Assembly: GCA_965112735.1 (NCBI GenBank)
Contig: OZ218952.1
Span: forward strand, 186,001-250,000
Direction: 5' to 3'
DNA from: Phaeosaccion multiseriatum
Lineage: Eukaryota; Protista; Ochrophyta, other classes
DNA length: 64,000 nt
A program made the position numbers and the translations under genes. Shown one piece after another: positions 1-13,551 of the stretch (positions are counted from its first letter, which is position 1; each line of letters begins with the position of its first letter). A model generated the notes under the pieces. It saw only the letters and a list, made by a program, of their open reading frames with translations. It was not told the origin of the DNA and did no database searches.

Positions 1-390
1 CGCTGTTGGGCATCCCGGGGGGCGCCAGCAGCCCGTACTTGGCCTCCATCAAGGAAGCGGCCGCTGCCAAGGGTATTTCGCTCTTTGAGGGCCAGGGGGG
101 AGATCCCGACACCCTGTTCAAGCAAAAGGTCTTTGTGCACGACACAGAGAAGTTCCCCTTCTACCCCGGAGAAGGTACGATATGTTGTGATTGTGGCAAG
201 TTCTATGTGGTGGAAACGTTAAGATGCAAAACCCCCTTCCCCCCGCCACGTCTTTGCTCTTTCACCAGTCTACCACCAGTTCCACAACGACATGACGGAG
301 TTCTACGGGAGGGAGTACAACGGCCTCAAGGACAAGTACTTTGAGGCGGGCAAGATTAGTGAAACGGGCTGTCCGGAGGGCATCCTGTGA
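1..390 (+). CDS. 3' part of a peptide methionine sulfoxide reductase (MsrA)-like protein; 5'-truncated by the window; intron 175-268
   Basis: Splicing GT175..AG268 gives ...KFPFYPGEVYHQFHNDMTEFYGREYNGLKDKYFEAGKISETGCPEGIL*, which matches the MsrA FYPAExYHQ motif. The catalytic N-terminus lies outside the window. Confidence 0.65.
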
Positions 391-534
391 CCTTTATATT
401 ATAGATCACACGCATTTAAAGATGTCGAGAACGTAAATATAACTTTATGATTATGATTATCGTACTTTTAGCGTAAACCGGTGGTGTGTGATGAGAGACT
501 GTACAGTGCCTACTTTAGAGACCGCCTTGCCCGT

Positions 535-1825
535 CTAGTACAGGAAGGGGAAGCCGTGTCCGGTGAGAGCTGCTTGAGTGATCATGCCGCTGAAGGCCAT
601 CATCGCCAGGCGTCCGTTCTTCAGCTCTGCCACCCTGAACCTATCCGCCTTAACTGGGTCCTGTGGCGCAGCAAGGGATAGAGGGCACAAGCACAAGAGG
701 AACAGAGGCGTGCACACATCAGAGAGTTGACGACGTGTCGAGTCCAAAAGAGCATCAGCGAGTTGCATTACAGGGAGCAAGAGGAAGCTCAGGCGCCTTA
801 CCTTGAGCAGCTTCAGTGGGTCGAGGGCAAAGTCCCCTGGGGCTCGGTCCTTCTTGTCCATGTCAAAGATTGTGGGCATGGTGAGGATCTCGACGAGGCT
901 GATCCAGAAGAGAAGCTGCACCATGGGACCCTTCTCCACCATGGCGTTGTGTGCCTCGACAACGCCGAGTCCCTGGTACATCTCTCCCGGTAGGCGGAAG
1001 TAATCGGGTGCTACCATGCCCACGGTGGCGAGCATGCAGATGCGCCCGTGCTGCGAGAGAAGACGTGGGTTGTTGGGTTAGGTACGGGTTGGGAGAGAGA
1101 AATAAGCAAGGCAGCCAAAGCAGCCAACGCGTGGCACTAAAGACTCACCTTGAGCTCGGCCTCACGGTAGAAGAGCAGGTTCTCGGGGTTGTTCTCCGCC
1201 ATCTTGAAGGGGTCGAAGTTCTGAGACAAGGGAAAGCGGGAGAAAGAAAGGGCATTTCGAAATGAGTGTTTCGATTATCGACTGCTGCTTCTACTGCTCG
1301 ACAATTGGACTGCTGCTCGGGCACCATCGGTGCCCCAGCATAGTATGACTCCAGTCGCTCAGCTCCGACTGCGAGGTAGATGGCACGCTACCCCAGCCAA
1401 CACCCAGCCTCTTTCCCCAACTCACCTTGGAGTTTGGCTCCGGTCCATCGGCGCCAAGCATGCCTCCGGCGAACTGCATACATAGGAAGAGATCAAAGCG
1501 CAAAGGGCGAGGGAGAAAAGAAGGCGTTCAAACTCGGCATGTCGACGTGGGCCCACTGCACCGCCAGCCATAACGCCATTCTTCGCAGCAGCCACAAGCT
1601 CCAGTTGCTCCTCGCTGCCTCTCACGCTCCTCGCCGCCACACAAGCCCTCCCCGTCGCGTATGCATCCACTCATCCTGATCTCCTCCGCGACATACCTCC
1701 ATCTTCATTGCCGAGGTGCTCTTCGGCGCCGTGTGCTTCACCACGCTCCCGATGAAAGCATTGGGCTGCACAAAGGCGCTCGCCGATGCGAGCGAAAGGG
1801 CAGCGACGGTGGCACAGGTCTTCAT
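535..1825 (-). CDS. Light-harvesting chlorophyll a/c (fucoxanthin) binding protein, LHCR-like; 4 exons or more
   Basis: Presequence MKTCATVAALSLASASAF. LHC motifs FDPF, REAELK/HGRICMLA and AELKNGRLAMMA. C-terminus TGHGFPFLY. GT-AG introns including 661-801. Confidence 0.95.
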
Positions 1826-2056
1826 GCTATGTGTAGGGTGGAGAGAGAAGAAAGAGATAATTGTATAGAGAGAGAAATGAAATGGAATGGCCACGCGACA
1901 ACGTTTTCTGTTTTTGGGTGACAGGGGTTGCATCATATCAATGCCATAGGATGCTAGATGGCGTTACATTTTTATTGCCTTCCGCCCCCCCCCCCCCTCT
2001 TCCTTTCCTTTCTCTTCTTCTCATCTCCTATGGGGCCGGATGATCTGCTGAGCAGC

Positions 2057-3668
2057 ATGGCGCTGGTGCTCTTGCCCAGCCGAGCTGCCCAGCTGCAGCA
2101 GCCGAAGAAGGGCGGCCTGCCCGCACCTGCGCGGAGGAAGAGCGAGGACGTGGCGCTGCGGCTGCTGGACTTGAGGGACAGCGACGGGGGAGAGGGGGGC
2201 GGCGGCCGGCAGCAGGGCCCCATGCGGGCGCTGCTGCCGTCTCTGGTGGCGGCGGACCCCAACGCCTTCTACAAGGACGCCGGGTTCTTCTACAAGGCGC
2301 CTGCGAAGGTACGCACGACGGAGGCCAGGGGGCTCCGTTCAGTCGGGCTGTGCTGCAGCTCACCCCTTCCGGTGCTGCTGCTGCTGTCTCCTTGCTACTG
2401 ACAGCCCCAAGAGCCGAGGTGCACGTGCAATGCGCTGTGCACTCGGGCCGAGGCCGTGGTGAAGTGCTACAGCTGCGTGCGCTTCGACCCGCAGCGCCTG
2501 GGTTACCACTGCGAGGCCTGCTTCAACGCGAGGCACCCGTGGTACCGGGTGCCCCACCAGGTACGCCAGTAAGACCATTGAAGGGCTAGGGTCGGGAGCG
2601 AAGCGAACAAACAGCATATGATTGACCTCCTGATCCTCCACCCTTCACATGCATAACATCACGCCGTAGTGGGTGCTCATCGACGACGCCGACGACACCG
2701 TCGAGGAAGTCAAGGCCCAAGAGTGGAGGGCCGAGGCAGACAGAAGCGTAGAGGACCTAGGTATGTACCCACACACACGCACACGTGGAGGGATGAGTAT
2801 CGGGGAAAATCCCCTTACCTTCTTGCGTGCTGCATCCACAGGAGCGCTGCTTCGCGACGTGACGAGCTGGCAGAACGTTCTCAAGACGGACCGTCTGGAC
2901 GAGACGGGGGATGACTTGATTAAGGCTGCCGCGCGGGGTGCCGTGCGAGTCGAGGGCAGGATCCGGGATCTTATGGATGTGTTTAGGGAGGAGAGGAGCA
3001 AGCTACCCTTTGCTGCGCTTCAGGCCGTTCGAACAGAAGCCAGGCACCTGCAAAAGGCGTTTGAGGTGAGCTCGCGAGTTTCAACATTCCCGCTTGCTCC
3101 CTCCGCCACACTCTAAAAATGCTGTCCTATGTCCTTCAACCAGATTGACGCGCTGAAGCGCCGCAACGGACTGGACATTCGTACCTCTCGCCGCTCTGTG
3201 GACCTCTCCACGCATGCCCAGGTTCATAACCAGCGCAGTAAGATGGCTTCCCTCAGCGAGGTAAGAGGGCTCTTTCCAACATACTCGCCCTCCCCATCCA
3301 CTCACATACTGTGCTCGCTTGATCTGGCCTCAGGCTTCCATTGCTCAAGCGGCGAGTATCATCCAGCGGGCTTGGCTTCGCTATAGAGCGCTTTCCGCTG
3401 CCTTGGCCCTGGTTCGCCGAAAATTCAAGAGAAAATTCGACCCCAATATGCAGGTACGTGCATGCGTTCTCTTGCATTGGGGCCGCCGGCAAAGGAAAAA
3501 GACCCATTCCATTGCCCTCATCCGGGTGCCCCCTCCAATCTCCACAAGGCGTGGTACTATATAAACGCGGCGTCCAAGCAGTCCCAGTGGAAAGCGCCTC
3601 CCTACATCACTCCAAAGAGGCAGCACCTCTTGCTCACGCCCCGCAGCTTCAAGAGAGAGAACAAATGA
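2057..3668 (+). CDS. B-box-like zinc finger + IQ motif + C-terminal WW domain protein (multi-exon)
   Basis: Spliced exons give CTCNALC..KCYSC..HCEACFNARHPWYRVPH (B-box-like), ASIIQRAWLRYR (IQ) and AWYYINAASKQSQWKAP (WW). Confidence 0.7.
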
Positions 3669-3966
3669 GAGAGGGCGAGCGACAAGTGGTGACCGATACT
3701 ACCACAGGATTGGCCAAGAGCTGCTGCACCCGAACATGAGCCAGCCAGCCAGCAGACCAGGAGCCCAGCCCACCAGAGTATGCGAGCGAGAAGCCTTGTC
3801 AGCCTTCGGTCAGGCCCCGCAGACGCTTCCGTGGCGGGAATGACGGAGACGGCGCTTCTTGCCCTCTAATGCGCCGCACAGGACGACCTCGTACCAGCCG
3901 TGGGGGCAGACGGCCACAGGCTGTGTCCCAGAGTTACTCGGAGAGCGGGCGAGCCAACTCCACTGC

Positions 3967-4856
3967 TCAGGGCACTGGGGGCGTTGGAGAAGGGCTTGGA
4001 GAAGACTGGGTCACCAGAGCGAGAGCTTGCAGGATGGACAGGGTGTTCTCCCCGGAGAGTGCACTGACCATCCAGAGGGAGCGAAGGTCGGGGTCGGGCT
4101 TCGAGCACGCATTATCTGATGAGTGACTTGGCGCGCTGATCTCAGCCACCGGTGTCTTGCCAAAGTGCGGTAGGGACAAGGTGAGCTGGCGCACCGTTTC
4201 GTACACTGCCTCCGCCTCATCGGGGCAACAAGTGTCCGCCTGGTACATGCCAGAGGACAGGGTTTTAGAGCGCTGTGGGCATGATAACTCCGTCAAGGGA
4301 TATCCCTAGACGTCAGGCCAGGAGAGCAACTCACACCTCCTCACCTTGTTCAAAACCAGCCACACGTGGGTGGTCTGCCTCCTCCGCTCCGACTCAAGCA
4401 CTCCCAGTAGCTCCTTCTTCCACGAGGCCGTGTCGTGCGATACATCGACCACAAAGAGAATGACATCTGCGGCACTGTAGTAGCTGGGCCACATCTTGGC
4501 CATTGGGTGACCCACCTCTGTAAATACCATGTCACAGCCGCTGTGCACAAGCATATCCACCTCCACCCCCGTGGTGGGAAATGTTCGAAGCTTAATGTCC
4601 TGTGTCTGGCTTCGTTGCGGACCTTCTTGCCCCATAGTGTCAACTCTTACTCCCTCAGCTCCTGAGCTGTCATCCTCGGATTCCCCAAGGGTCGAGGACT
4701 CCGTTTCTCCTGCTCCAGACAGCGCAGAGAGGGGAGGTACAAGCGTCGCTGTTTCCGCTACTCCTCCTGAACGGCCCCTTTTCCTCCGCATTCTCTTCCC
4801 CCCTAGACCATTGTCGCTTTCAGCGGGCTGGGGATGCGAGTCGCTCGCGCTTCTTG

Positions 4857-4892
<36 letters not shown>

Positions 4893-5163
4893 TGCGGGTC
4901 GGGGTGGTTGCGTCTGTGCCGGGAGAAGTAGGCATCCGCCTGAGCCCAAACTCCCGACACGTTCTCATCCAGCCCGGAGTACACACTTTAAGGCCGTGGA
5001 TAGCCTTCCGTTCGGCATTCTGTCTCAGTCTGCGCACAAGCAGCGTCTTGCCTGCTCCGGCGCTCCCCACGATCAAGACCTTCAATCTGCGCTGCACGCC
5101 TCTCTTCGATCTCCCCTGAAGTGGGTTCGCTGAAGAGCGTACCACACTAGATGCACCCCCCAT
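3967..5163 (-). CDS. ARL16: ADP-ribosylation factor-like small GTPase, ARL16-like; intron 4240-4344
   Basis: G1 GSAGAGKT followed by LLVRRL, G2 FPTTG and ARL16-type G3 TEVGHPMAKMWPSYY. G4 NK|AD is formed by splicing. G5 is VSALSGEN. Confidence 0.8.
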
Positions 5164-5502
5164 CCGCAACACCCCGCCTCAATAGAAATCAAGACGTCAT
5201 GGAGCAAGAAGAGGTTTAGAGAGGAGAGAGAGTGAAGGACATAAAAGTAACGGTTTCTGATAGTGAAACTGTAAACTTTCGTCTTCCACTTCATTTTTTA
5301 TTTTTTCCTTCCTCCATTTACTTCCCCTCCCCCCCCCTTTCCCCTCCCTCCTCACTCTCTTTAAGACATTAATTTCCCTCTGTATTGTATATATGTATTT
5401 ATCTATCCCTTGTTTGTCCCCTTGCAAACTTCCGCTCCACACCGAGAGGTGAGTTGGTTGGCCACCCGCGCCAGAGTTACCCGCCGATGAGCGGCCGTCG
5501 TC

Positions 5503-8500
5503 TCAGGGCGCCGATGGGGGCACGCAACGGGGAACGCAGTACTTTTCCGCCCAGGCCACGCACTCCTTCTGATGGCCCGTGTCAGGATCCAGGAAGTGGC
5601 TGAGCTGGCAGGCAGCGCTGTATGCACGTGCACGAGAAGGAGTACGACGCGGAGAAATGAGACTCCTCAAGAAAGAGAACACCCTTCTCCCTGGCGTCCT
5701 TAGTCCCCACCGCACGCACACACCCAGGAACCCAGACACCCAGCAACGCACACACGCACACACGCACGCGCCCACCCACCCACCCACGCGCTCGCTCACC
5801 TGCAGTACATGACGCATTTGCACCTCGCACAGCTCTTGAGCGACACGTCCTCGTCCTCCACCATGCCGCACTTGGCGCACTTGGACTCGGGCCACATGTT
5901 GTGCGCAGAAAACACATTCTCGATCATTTGCCCAGCCTGCACCAAGCACCAGAGGAGGGGCAGGCAGTCGGGCGACAGCACCAGCAGCCACATGTTTAGA
6001 CAATGGACACACATAGACGCGGCGTCCAAGCCCTGACTCCCTCGTCCTGCCTACCCCACCTGTTGCACAGTGTCCTGCTCACACGCCAAGCTCCCAAGGA
6101 CAAGTTGATGCAGCCCCCCTTGCAGAGCCCTCTTCCTCCATGCGGTGCCCCGCGGGTCCAGAGCTATGGCGCAGGCATTGTACAGCTGAAAAGCGAGGGT
6201 AGTGCGTGTGTCGCAGGCGGGGGGCGGCGGGCGTGGTTGGGCGTGAGCAAGGAAGGGTGCTACAACGTGCGAAGGACGGGAAAGAGCCCTCCAAAGAAAG
6301 GCCGCCACGTACGCACCGCATTTAGAGCCATCACCCAAAGGTGGAAGTCGCGTCTCTCCGTTGCCACGTCAGCCTAAAGAGGGAGGAGGGGGCACGTGGC
6401 AAGCAAGAAGTCATGATCAGCAATCTACAAGGTGAGGCTGTGGGGCTGTCTGTGTATAGAACATCGGGCACGTACCGTATCAATAAACGTTTCTATGCCC
6501 CCCGCGTTGATGACCCGCTTGGGGTACTTGAGCATCTCCTTGCCCTCGGCCTGAGATGAAATGACATGGAAAGTGCAAACACAATACTTCCGACGTTCAG
6601 AAGCAAGCACCCCCCAAAGCACTGGGATAGACAAGACGGTCTCACGCCTTAATCCCACCTTGGTGATTGTGCCCTTGCCCTCTGCGACCATCTGCCCTTT
6701 CGCGGAAATGGTGCTGACAGCCATGGCCAGGTTGTTGCTCAGCGCCCCAAGCATGGCTGTGTCCCCCCTTCGTAGCTGCAGTCACACACAGCAGACAGCA
6801 GACAGCACAACGATGACGGCGCTCGGGGTCAAACGAGGATGGGTAGGATGGGTGGCCCTCTCGATCAATACCACCCCCAAATCTGTCCCCAGTACGAGAG
6901 TGCCCTCAACACCTGGACGGGGGGTTCTCCTAACACCAGCCAGGCCACGCGCCTTCCTTTCCTCTCTACACTCACCCTTGCCACTGCCTGCTCGGGATTG
7001 GTTGCTGCAAAGGCCATGCTGCTGGACAGCGTGTTGGCAGGGGGCCGCGGGGGGCTGGGGGCCGCGGTCCCGTTCGGTGGAGGAGGCACTTCCACAGCGG
7101 GAGGCAGCGGTGGTGCTTTCGGCAGCTGCTGCAACGCGCTGTGCTGCTCTCCTGAGAGTACAGCAACTGTCGCTGTCTCTTCTCCCTCAGGCTCATCAGG
7201 CGCCGGCGGCTGTTTCTGGTCATCCTCCTCGAACGGATCCGCCGCGAAGGTTCCGTTGCCAGCCTGCCTTAGAGCCTGCTGCTCCTCCTCCTCCTCCCGC
7301 GCTGTCTTGAACTGCACGAACCACTTGACAATCTCTTGCACGACGTCCTGCGAGATTCATTCAAAGCGTCAGTGTCAAGCCTTTTGTTCAATTGACTCTG
7401 CCGTCCACCATTCTACAAAAAGACAAATACGACCATATCGTATGGCACTCACCGCCCCATTCTTGTTCTGGCATACCAACAAGCGGGAAGGCCCAAAGGC
7501 TCGTTTACACTGTGCATTCAGCGAGCAAGAAGAGACGAGCAACGATAAGAAACGCTCGAAAGGTTCAGACATGAGTGGCGCCCGTGCAGACAGTCTGGAA
7601 GGAGGGGGTTAACACCCCGCCAATGACGCCACCCTACCTTGGAGAGGTAGCTGGCCGATCTGGCTGCGGTGACCACGAGTGAGCAGCCCATATAGGCGGC
7701 CCTGCTCACGAGAGGCCCGAGCTGCGACTCGTCACATGTCTCAGGGCTGTCCATGTCCAGCACAAGCGTTCCTGAGACCACAGCAACACAGCACAGCACG
7801 CCACAGCCAGGGAAAAACATGTTTGAGCACGTTAGAGTCACAATGAGACATGTAGGATGAAACAGAGTTTGAGACTGAAATGCGGTTGAGAGGTCCTTCC
7901 TTCCTTCCTTCCCCCACTGAGCGCGCGCTTCTGAGGGCTGTGAAGGGTCGGATGGAGCTGACAGGGGAAGCACAAACCTCGATGACAGGAGTTCTCCAAA
8001 CACTTGGACAGTATCTGTGGAGGAAAGAGTACGCAGGCCACAAAGCGTGAGCATGAGCTGGGAAGCACTGTGGCTTGACCTTTGCTTCCGCTCGTCTGCT
8101 CCGTCCCTTGTGTCTGTCGTCTTTCTTACCGTGGCACCCGTTCCTTGCGGCCAGCCTCCGTGGCTCCGCGTTTGGTCCACCGCAGCACGAAGAGCGCCAT
8201 CGCTAAGACCAGACTGGTATGCAATGGCCTGTCATTACCACCCGGACACACACACACAGTTGGTCAGCTGGGAATACCGATGCTTGGAAAACCGGACACT
8301 CAGAGAGAGAGAGAGAGAGAGAGGTGACAATGCATAGAGGTATAGAGCAGGGGACTGGAGCCGCCATCAAAGCACACGCGCCCACGTATGAGCAATTGCA
8401 ATAGCCCAAACAGAGTAGATAACCAAGAGACGGAGCCCATCAGTACCTTCGGAAAGGGCTTGGCGGGGCATATGCTGCCCGTCTGGTCCAGCAGGGCCAG

Positions 8501-9175
8501 AACAGGAATGAATAACCTAAGGAGAGGAGCGAGAAGCAGGGCGCGGGGGATGAGGGGCAGCAGGCCGACGCCTCACAAGGCAACGCGATGTCTTGCACTG
8601 ACGCAGGAGATGGTAGGTTCGCTGCCTGATTGATACGGCTTTTCTCATGCCATCTTCCTCACTTTTTCGTTTCTGCGAGCTTGTCTCTGCTCCGGAGGAC
8701 TTCCTCGATGACCTGTTGCCCTGTGTCCTGAGAGCTGCAGAAGCCGAGCACCACCAGAGGAACAGGCTGGCAGGTCATTCGCATAGCCTGCAGGCTGCCT
8801 GTGAGAGGGAATTCACAGTGACGAGGGAGGCACCGAAGTTAAAGCAGGAGAGAGTGAGATAGAGCGAACTGCTCGGGGCAATTGCCGCGTCATCACATTA
8901 CAAGACAAATGTGCCCTTCCAGACCTCTCCCTTCTCTACACATTGCCCCCTTCCTGTGCGGTATACGTGCGGCGCACTCATTCTGCCATGACAAGTACTA
9001 AGGGGGGGGGAAGGAAGGGAAGGAGGAAAAAGGCCGGGCTGTGTTCTGTTTTGTGGAGGTCTGCGTGTTGAGACACAGCACCTGCCACACACTGGGACAA
9101 CACCACCTCCATGACCAGCGTAGCCGACTGCATCAACGGAAGTATGTACCGCACCTTTCCGATGGCCCATGCCAT
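5503..9175 (-). CDS. Multi-exon protein with C-terminal MYND zinc finger; 5' end approximate
   Basis: CAKCG..LKSCARCKCVMYC|SAACQLSH..GHQKEC fits the MYND consensus. A chain of GT-AG-bounded, protein-like exons extends upstream to about 9.2 kb. Exact start codon uncertain. Confidence 0.65.
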
Positions 9176-9507
9176 TGCTCTCACTGCTGCGCTGCGCGTC
9201 TCCCATTCCAAACAGTACCAAAAATTAGTTACGGCGCACAAAGGGAGGCCAATTTTATGGCCTTGCCCTCCCAGCCCTTTCCAAAGGCAAGACCCAAGAC
9301 GAGGGAGTAGAGGAGGAGAGAAATTCCTTCTCGGTAAGGGCCTTACAGGCCAATTACAGCTCTTTCAAAAAATATGGAAAGAAATTGGGCGGAGACGAAA
9401 GGCCTCACAGAAGGACGACGGGGCGGAGAACCAGCGCGGGGAGGAGGGTCGTGAGCTCCGACAGTGAAATTACGAAATTACGACAAAGGGAAGAAGAAGG
9501 AAGGATT

Positions 9508-10208
9508 ATGGTGCATATTATTAACGGCGAGATCGTCCAAGATGGGGACCCGCGCCTCCAGCAGCGAAGAAGTGGCGCGCAACAACCGAGAAGGAACGTA
9601 AACACAACCCACACTATTTTCAACATGGGTGCTGGAGCACCTTCCCCCCCGCCCACCGCGCAGGTACCACGCCCTCTCTGTACTCTCTCTCGTCCCTTCT
9701 CTCCCCCTCTCCCTCTCTTTTCTTCTACATCTCTCTCTGTCTCCCTCTCCACCTCTTCTTTCCCTGTCCCTCTTCCTTTGTCCCTCTGTTTCTTCCTCTC
9801 CCTCCCTCTCTCTGTCCAACTCTATCTCTTCTCTGCCTCTCCCTCTCTTTTTTTCTCTCTCTCTCCCCCTCTCCCTAACCAACGTTCTCTGCCTCTGCCT
9901 AATTAACGACAAGCGCCCTTCACTCCCTCCGTTCGCCTCCCAATCGTCATGGCCCGCAGCTAGGGGGGAGAGAAGGGGGGGCTGGTGGTCAACCGTTGGA
10001 CAGCGTAGCCAAGCTCCTGGGCGTGCAGGGAAGAACTGTCTCAATCCCCTCTATGATGGGTCAGCCTGCCAGAGAGATTGAGATGATTCATCTCATCGTG
10101 ATGGTAGTCCTGGGCTTCATGTTTGGCCTCAAAGCCCTCCTCATCTGTGCAGTCGCGTACTTGGTGTTGATGCACAACAAGCAGAAACCACCGCAGGCGC
10201 AACGATAG
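9508..10208 (+). CDS. FAM241/DUF4605-like small membrane protein (2 exons)
   Basis: N-terminus MVHIINGEIVQDGDPR resembles the FAM241B start. C-terminal hydrophobic hairpin LIVMVVLGFMFGLKALLICAVAYLVL. Confidence 0.7.
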
Positions 10209-10990
10209 GAGCTGGGGGCAGAATGAGAGTAGCAGCGCGAGGAGACTACCCTCCCCCAACCCCCGCCTTTCCTTGCACTCGCGGCCCAAGACGTGGCCGT
10301 GTTGTGAGGGTCTGGTAAGAGGTGTGAGCGTGGGATTACAGGCAGCCTGCGTTTGTTGCCTTAGTTGAGCTTTCACGGCAGGATGCTACTGGACTGGAAT
10401 GGAAGTCCAGCGAGCACGGGCAAGTCGAGGAAGTATCGCGAGAGATGGGTCAGAGGCCCTGCGAAGCATGTTGGGGAAAGGACCTTGGAAGGCTGCTTTT
10501 GTCAAAGGACTACACTTATCAGGATGTGTGTCTGCCAAAGAGACGCATCTTGCATCAGCTGCAGAGGCTGCGAGCGAGTGCCGCCGGTAACGCGAAGCGC
10601 ACACCTTCAGATGGGCCCTCTCTGAGCACACACCCTCGGACGGGACTTGTCTCTTGGACATGTGTGGCCACCGCCCGCTGTGAGGCCGAAGGAAACGGCA
10701 TGGCGTCTCCAGTGTAGGGCGAGAACGGTACTTTCCGGACACTCCTCAGCAGTAATGTACCCCTCGCTTCCTTTGGGTATGCAGGCGAGGACACGCGCGG
10801 CCTCCACGACACGAGGAAGGGCATTGTGAAGAGAACCCGCACAAGTAGCTTGGACCAGAATTAAATGCTGTTCCTTATCTTCCAGATACACATGTATAGA
10901 CTTCGAGATGAGCAAAACACCACTTCTGCTCTTTTGTTTACAACATACAGCACCAGAACACCGGCAAAGGTGCCTCGGCCCAAGCAAGAC

Positions 10991-13340
10991 TCATTCGGCT
11001 TTCCCCCTCTTCTTTTTCGACGCCTTCTTCCTCTTCTCTTCTGACACGAGCAAGTGCGTGGCCGCCTTTTTGACCTTGTCTCTAGTGAGCTCGTCTTCAT
11101 CAATGTCGTGCATCTGCTGCTCTGCGTCGTCTCCGCCTCTGCTGCCCTCCGTGTCGCTAAAGTCATCCACGGCGGGCAGGTCGATTCTCTGGTTGAAGGG
11201 TCGAGTCTGCTGCAGCTCCTGGTCGTCCACGTCTTCGTTCTGCAGCACGCGAGCGAGGCTGCTTGTCGATGCGTGCACCACGGCTGCGGCGCTCTGCCCC
11301 ATCTCATACTCTGCGGCCTGTAGGTAGGGGCAGCAGCAGCGACAGGAGAAGACAACAGACAAGGCGGTGTGAGCAAAGGACGCCTCCTTTTCCCTTTCCA
11401 AAGCAGCAATCCCAATAGAGGGCAGGGAAGACCAGGCTTAAGACTGAATCCCCTTCCACGTACCTTGATACGCTCAGTCATCTCCCTTACGATCTGGTGC
11501 CCAACCTCGAGCACCTCCACAACGGTGTCGCCCGTCATCACCACCGTATCCACTCCCACCTCCTCTGCCACGGGCTTGAGGCGCTCCTGCAAGTGCTCGA
11601 TGCCTGCAGTTGGGGGAACAGAGACGGGTGGTGGCGTGAGGTGTGGCTGACTGATATCGCATTGAAAATAATTCACTTGTTCGGAGGCCCTGCTGCTGCG
11701 ACTCACCCGCCTTGACAGAGATGAGCACCTTGGCCAACCTCTCGTACTTTTGCTTCACTCTCTCCAGCCTGGCCACGCTGCTGCTGAGCTGCTCCTCGTG
11801 GTCGTCCACCATCTTTCTCCTGTGTCCTTCCCCTGGGCCCGAGTACTTCACCTCCTCCACTCTCTGCTTGAGCTGCGCAGTGGTGCGGTGAAGGTTCTCA
11901 ATCTTGGCTTGGTTCTCCTTGGTCAGCAGCATGAGGTTCTCGGAGGTGCTCTCTTGCGATACAATCTTCTGTATGACTTCGTTCACGTCACTGCTCCACA
12001 CATTGACGGGGCACAGGCAATCAACAGGGCAACGAGTGGTGAGGCACAAACCTAACTAGAATACGGACATGTGGCAAAGCCAGATACGCACCTCACACCG
12101 GTAGCCTCCTTGATCTTCCTGAAGGCGTTTTCAAACACGTCAATCTTGGTCTTTGTCTCCAGTTTGTCCGTCGCCATCTTCCCGAGGGCTTGGGTAGACA
12201 CGGCCAGTGCCTGTGGGGTGGGGGGGCGTACGTGCATGAGTGAGCATGCTTGACAGTGACGTTCTCCTTTGCTTTGGTGGATGTAGGTCTGCGGCCCGCG
12301 CCTCACCTTCCGCAGGTGGTCACCATCATCCTCTGCGGGGTCGATGCCTCCTGCCTGCAGCTCGTCCGAGATGATTTCGCTCTTCATCTTGTCCCTTCGC
12401 TCGGCCCTTTCACGCATTTGGCGCTTCAGCTGCACCACTTGGTGCCGCTCCCGAAGCTCCGTCTCCCGCCTGTTTGTCAGAGCGAAATGGGTGCCATTGA
12501 CTGTTACTGACTCATTCCAGGGACCGGAAACGTGGTGGCGGGGGCAAAAAGGAAGAATAGTCCCCTCCCTCTCAGGGGCAGTTCCCCTCTCCTCTCACCT
12601 TCTCCGCTCCTCCTCATAGCCGGCCCGCACCCTCTCTAGCTCAATCTGTGCCACCTCCCTGGCATGACTGGCGTCCCCACTGAGCAGCATGAGCTCTTCA
12701 TAGTCCTTCTGCTTAGCATTGAGAGTCCTCTCCAGGGCCCCCAGCTGATTATCAAACCCAACCCTCTCCTCCTTGAGACGCTTGACAATCTGCTCATACG
12801 TCTTGCGGATGGACTGTGCCTCGTTGTACTTAATCATAGCCTTATCGAGTCTGTTCTCTAGCAGGCGGATCTTGCGTGTGAGGGGGGAGTCCTCCTTGTT
12901 GGGTTGCCTGGCCTCAAGCTCCAGGTCCTTGACGCCATCCTTGAGCTTTCCCAGGGTCTTACGCATGCTTGTGGACCTGAACACAGGAAGAAAGGGAACC
13001 AGAGTTAAGGGGCGCCATACTAAACATCTCCTGCAGAGATTGCGCTTGTCCTCCTCTCAACAGGCGTCACTCACTTGGACTTGTGCTCGTCGTAGTGCTT
13101 CCGTAGCCTCGCCCCCTCTCTCTCGAGATGCGAAACTTCAGCTTGCTCATCCTGATTGGCCCCAGACCGCTGCAGCTGACTGAGCTTGACCCTCAGATCC
13201 TTGTTTTCCTCTCTTATTCTCCTAATCTCCTCCATATTGGCCTGCTTATTTGCCTCCAGGATGTCAATGTTGGCCTTCCTGTCTCCCTGCAGCAGGCGCA
13301 TTCGCTCCCGCAGATCCTCGACCTGCCCCTCGAGCGCCAT
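10991..13340 (-). CDS. CCDC151: Outer dynein arm docking complex coiled-coil subunit, CCDC151/ODAD3-like (multi-exon)
   Basis: LRERMRLLQGDRKA, IRLLENRLDKAMIKYNEAQSIRKTYEQI and FENAFRKIKEATGV are signature segments of the ODA-DC family. Confidence 0.85.
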
Positions 13341-13551
13341 CTTACTCGCCTGTTGCCCTTAGGCCAATACAGCTAGAGCCTCCTCAGCGTCTCTCTGCTC
13401 CTACCGGCACAGCTATACAGGGTCCAGTAAAGTTTGGACTGATCCTGATGATTGCGGTTTCGTTTTCTCCCAAAAGGGTTCCCCCTCCAAACTAATTCCG
13501 CCCCCCCTATTCCACCTACTACTGGGGCTGGCCAAGAGCTCTACGCCCAGG

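Noticed and set aside
10209-10990. Short ORFs between FAM241-like and CCDC151
   Set aside because: No recognisable motif or consistent splice structure. Probably 3' UTRs of the convergent genes.
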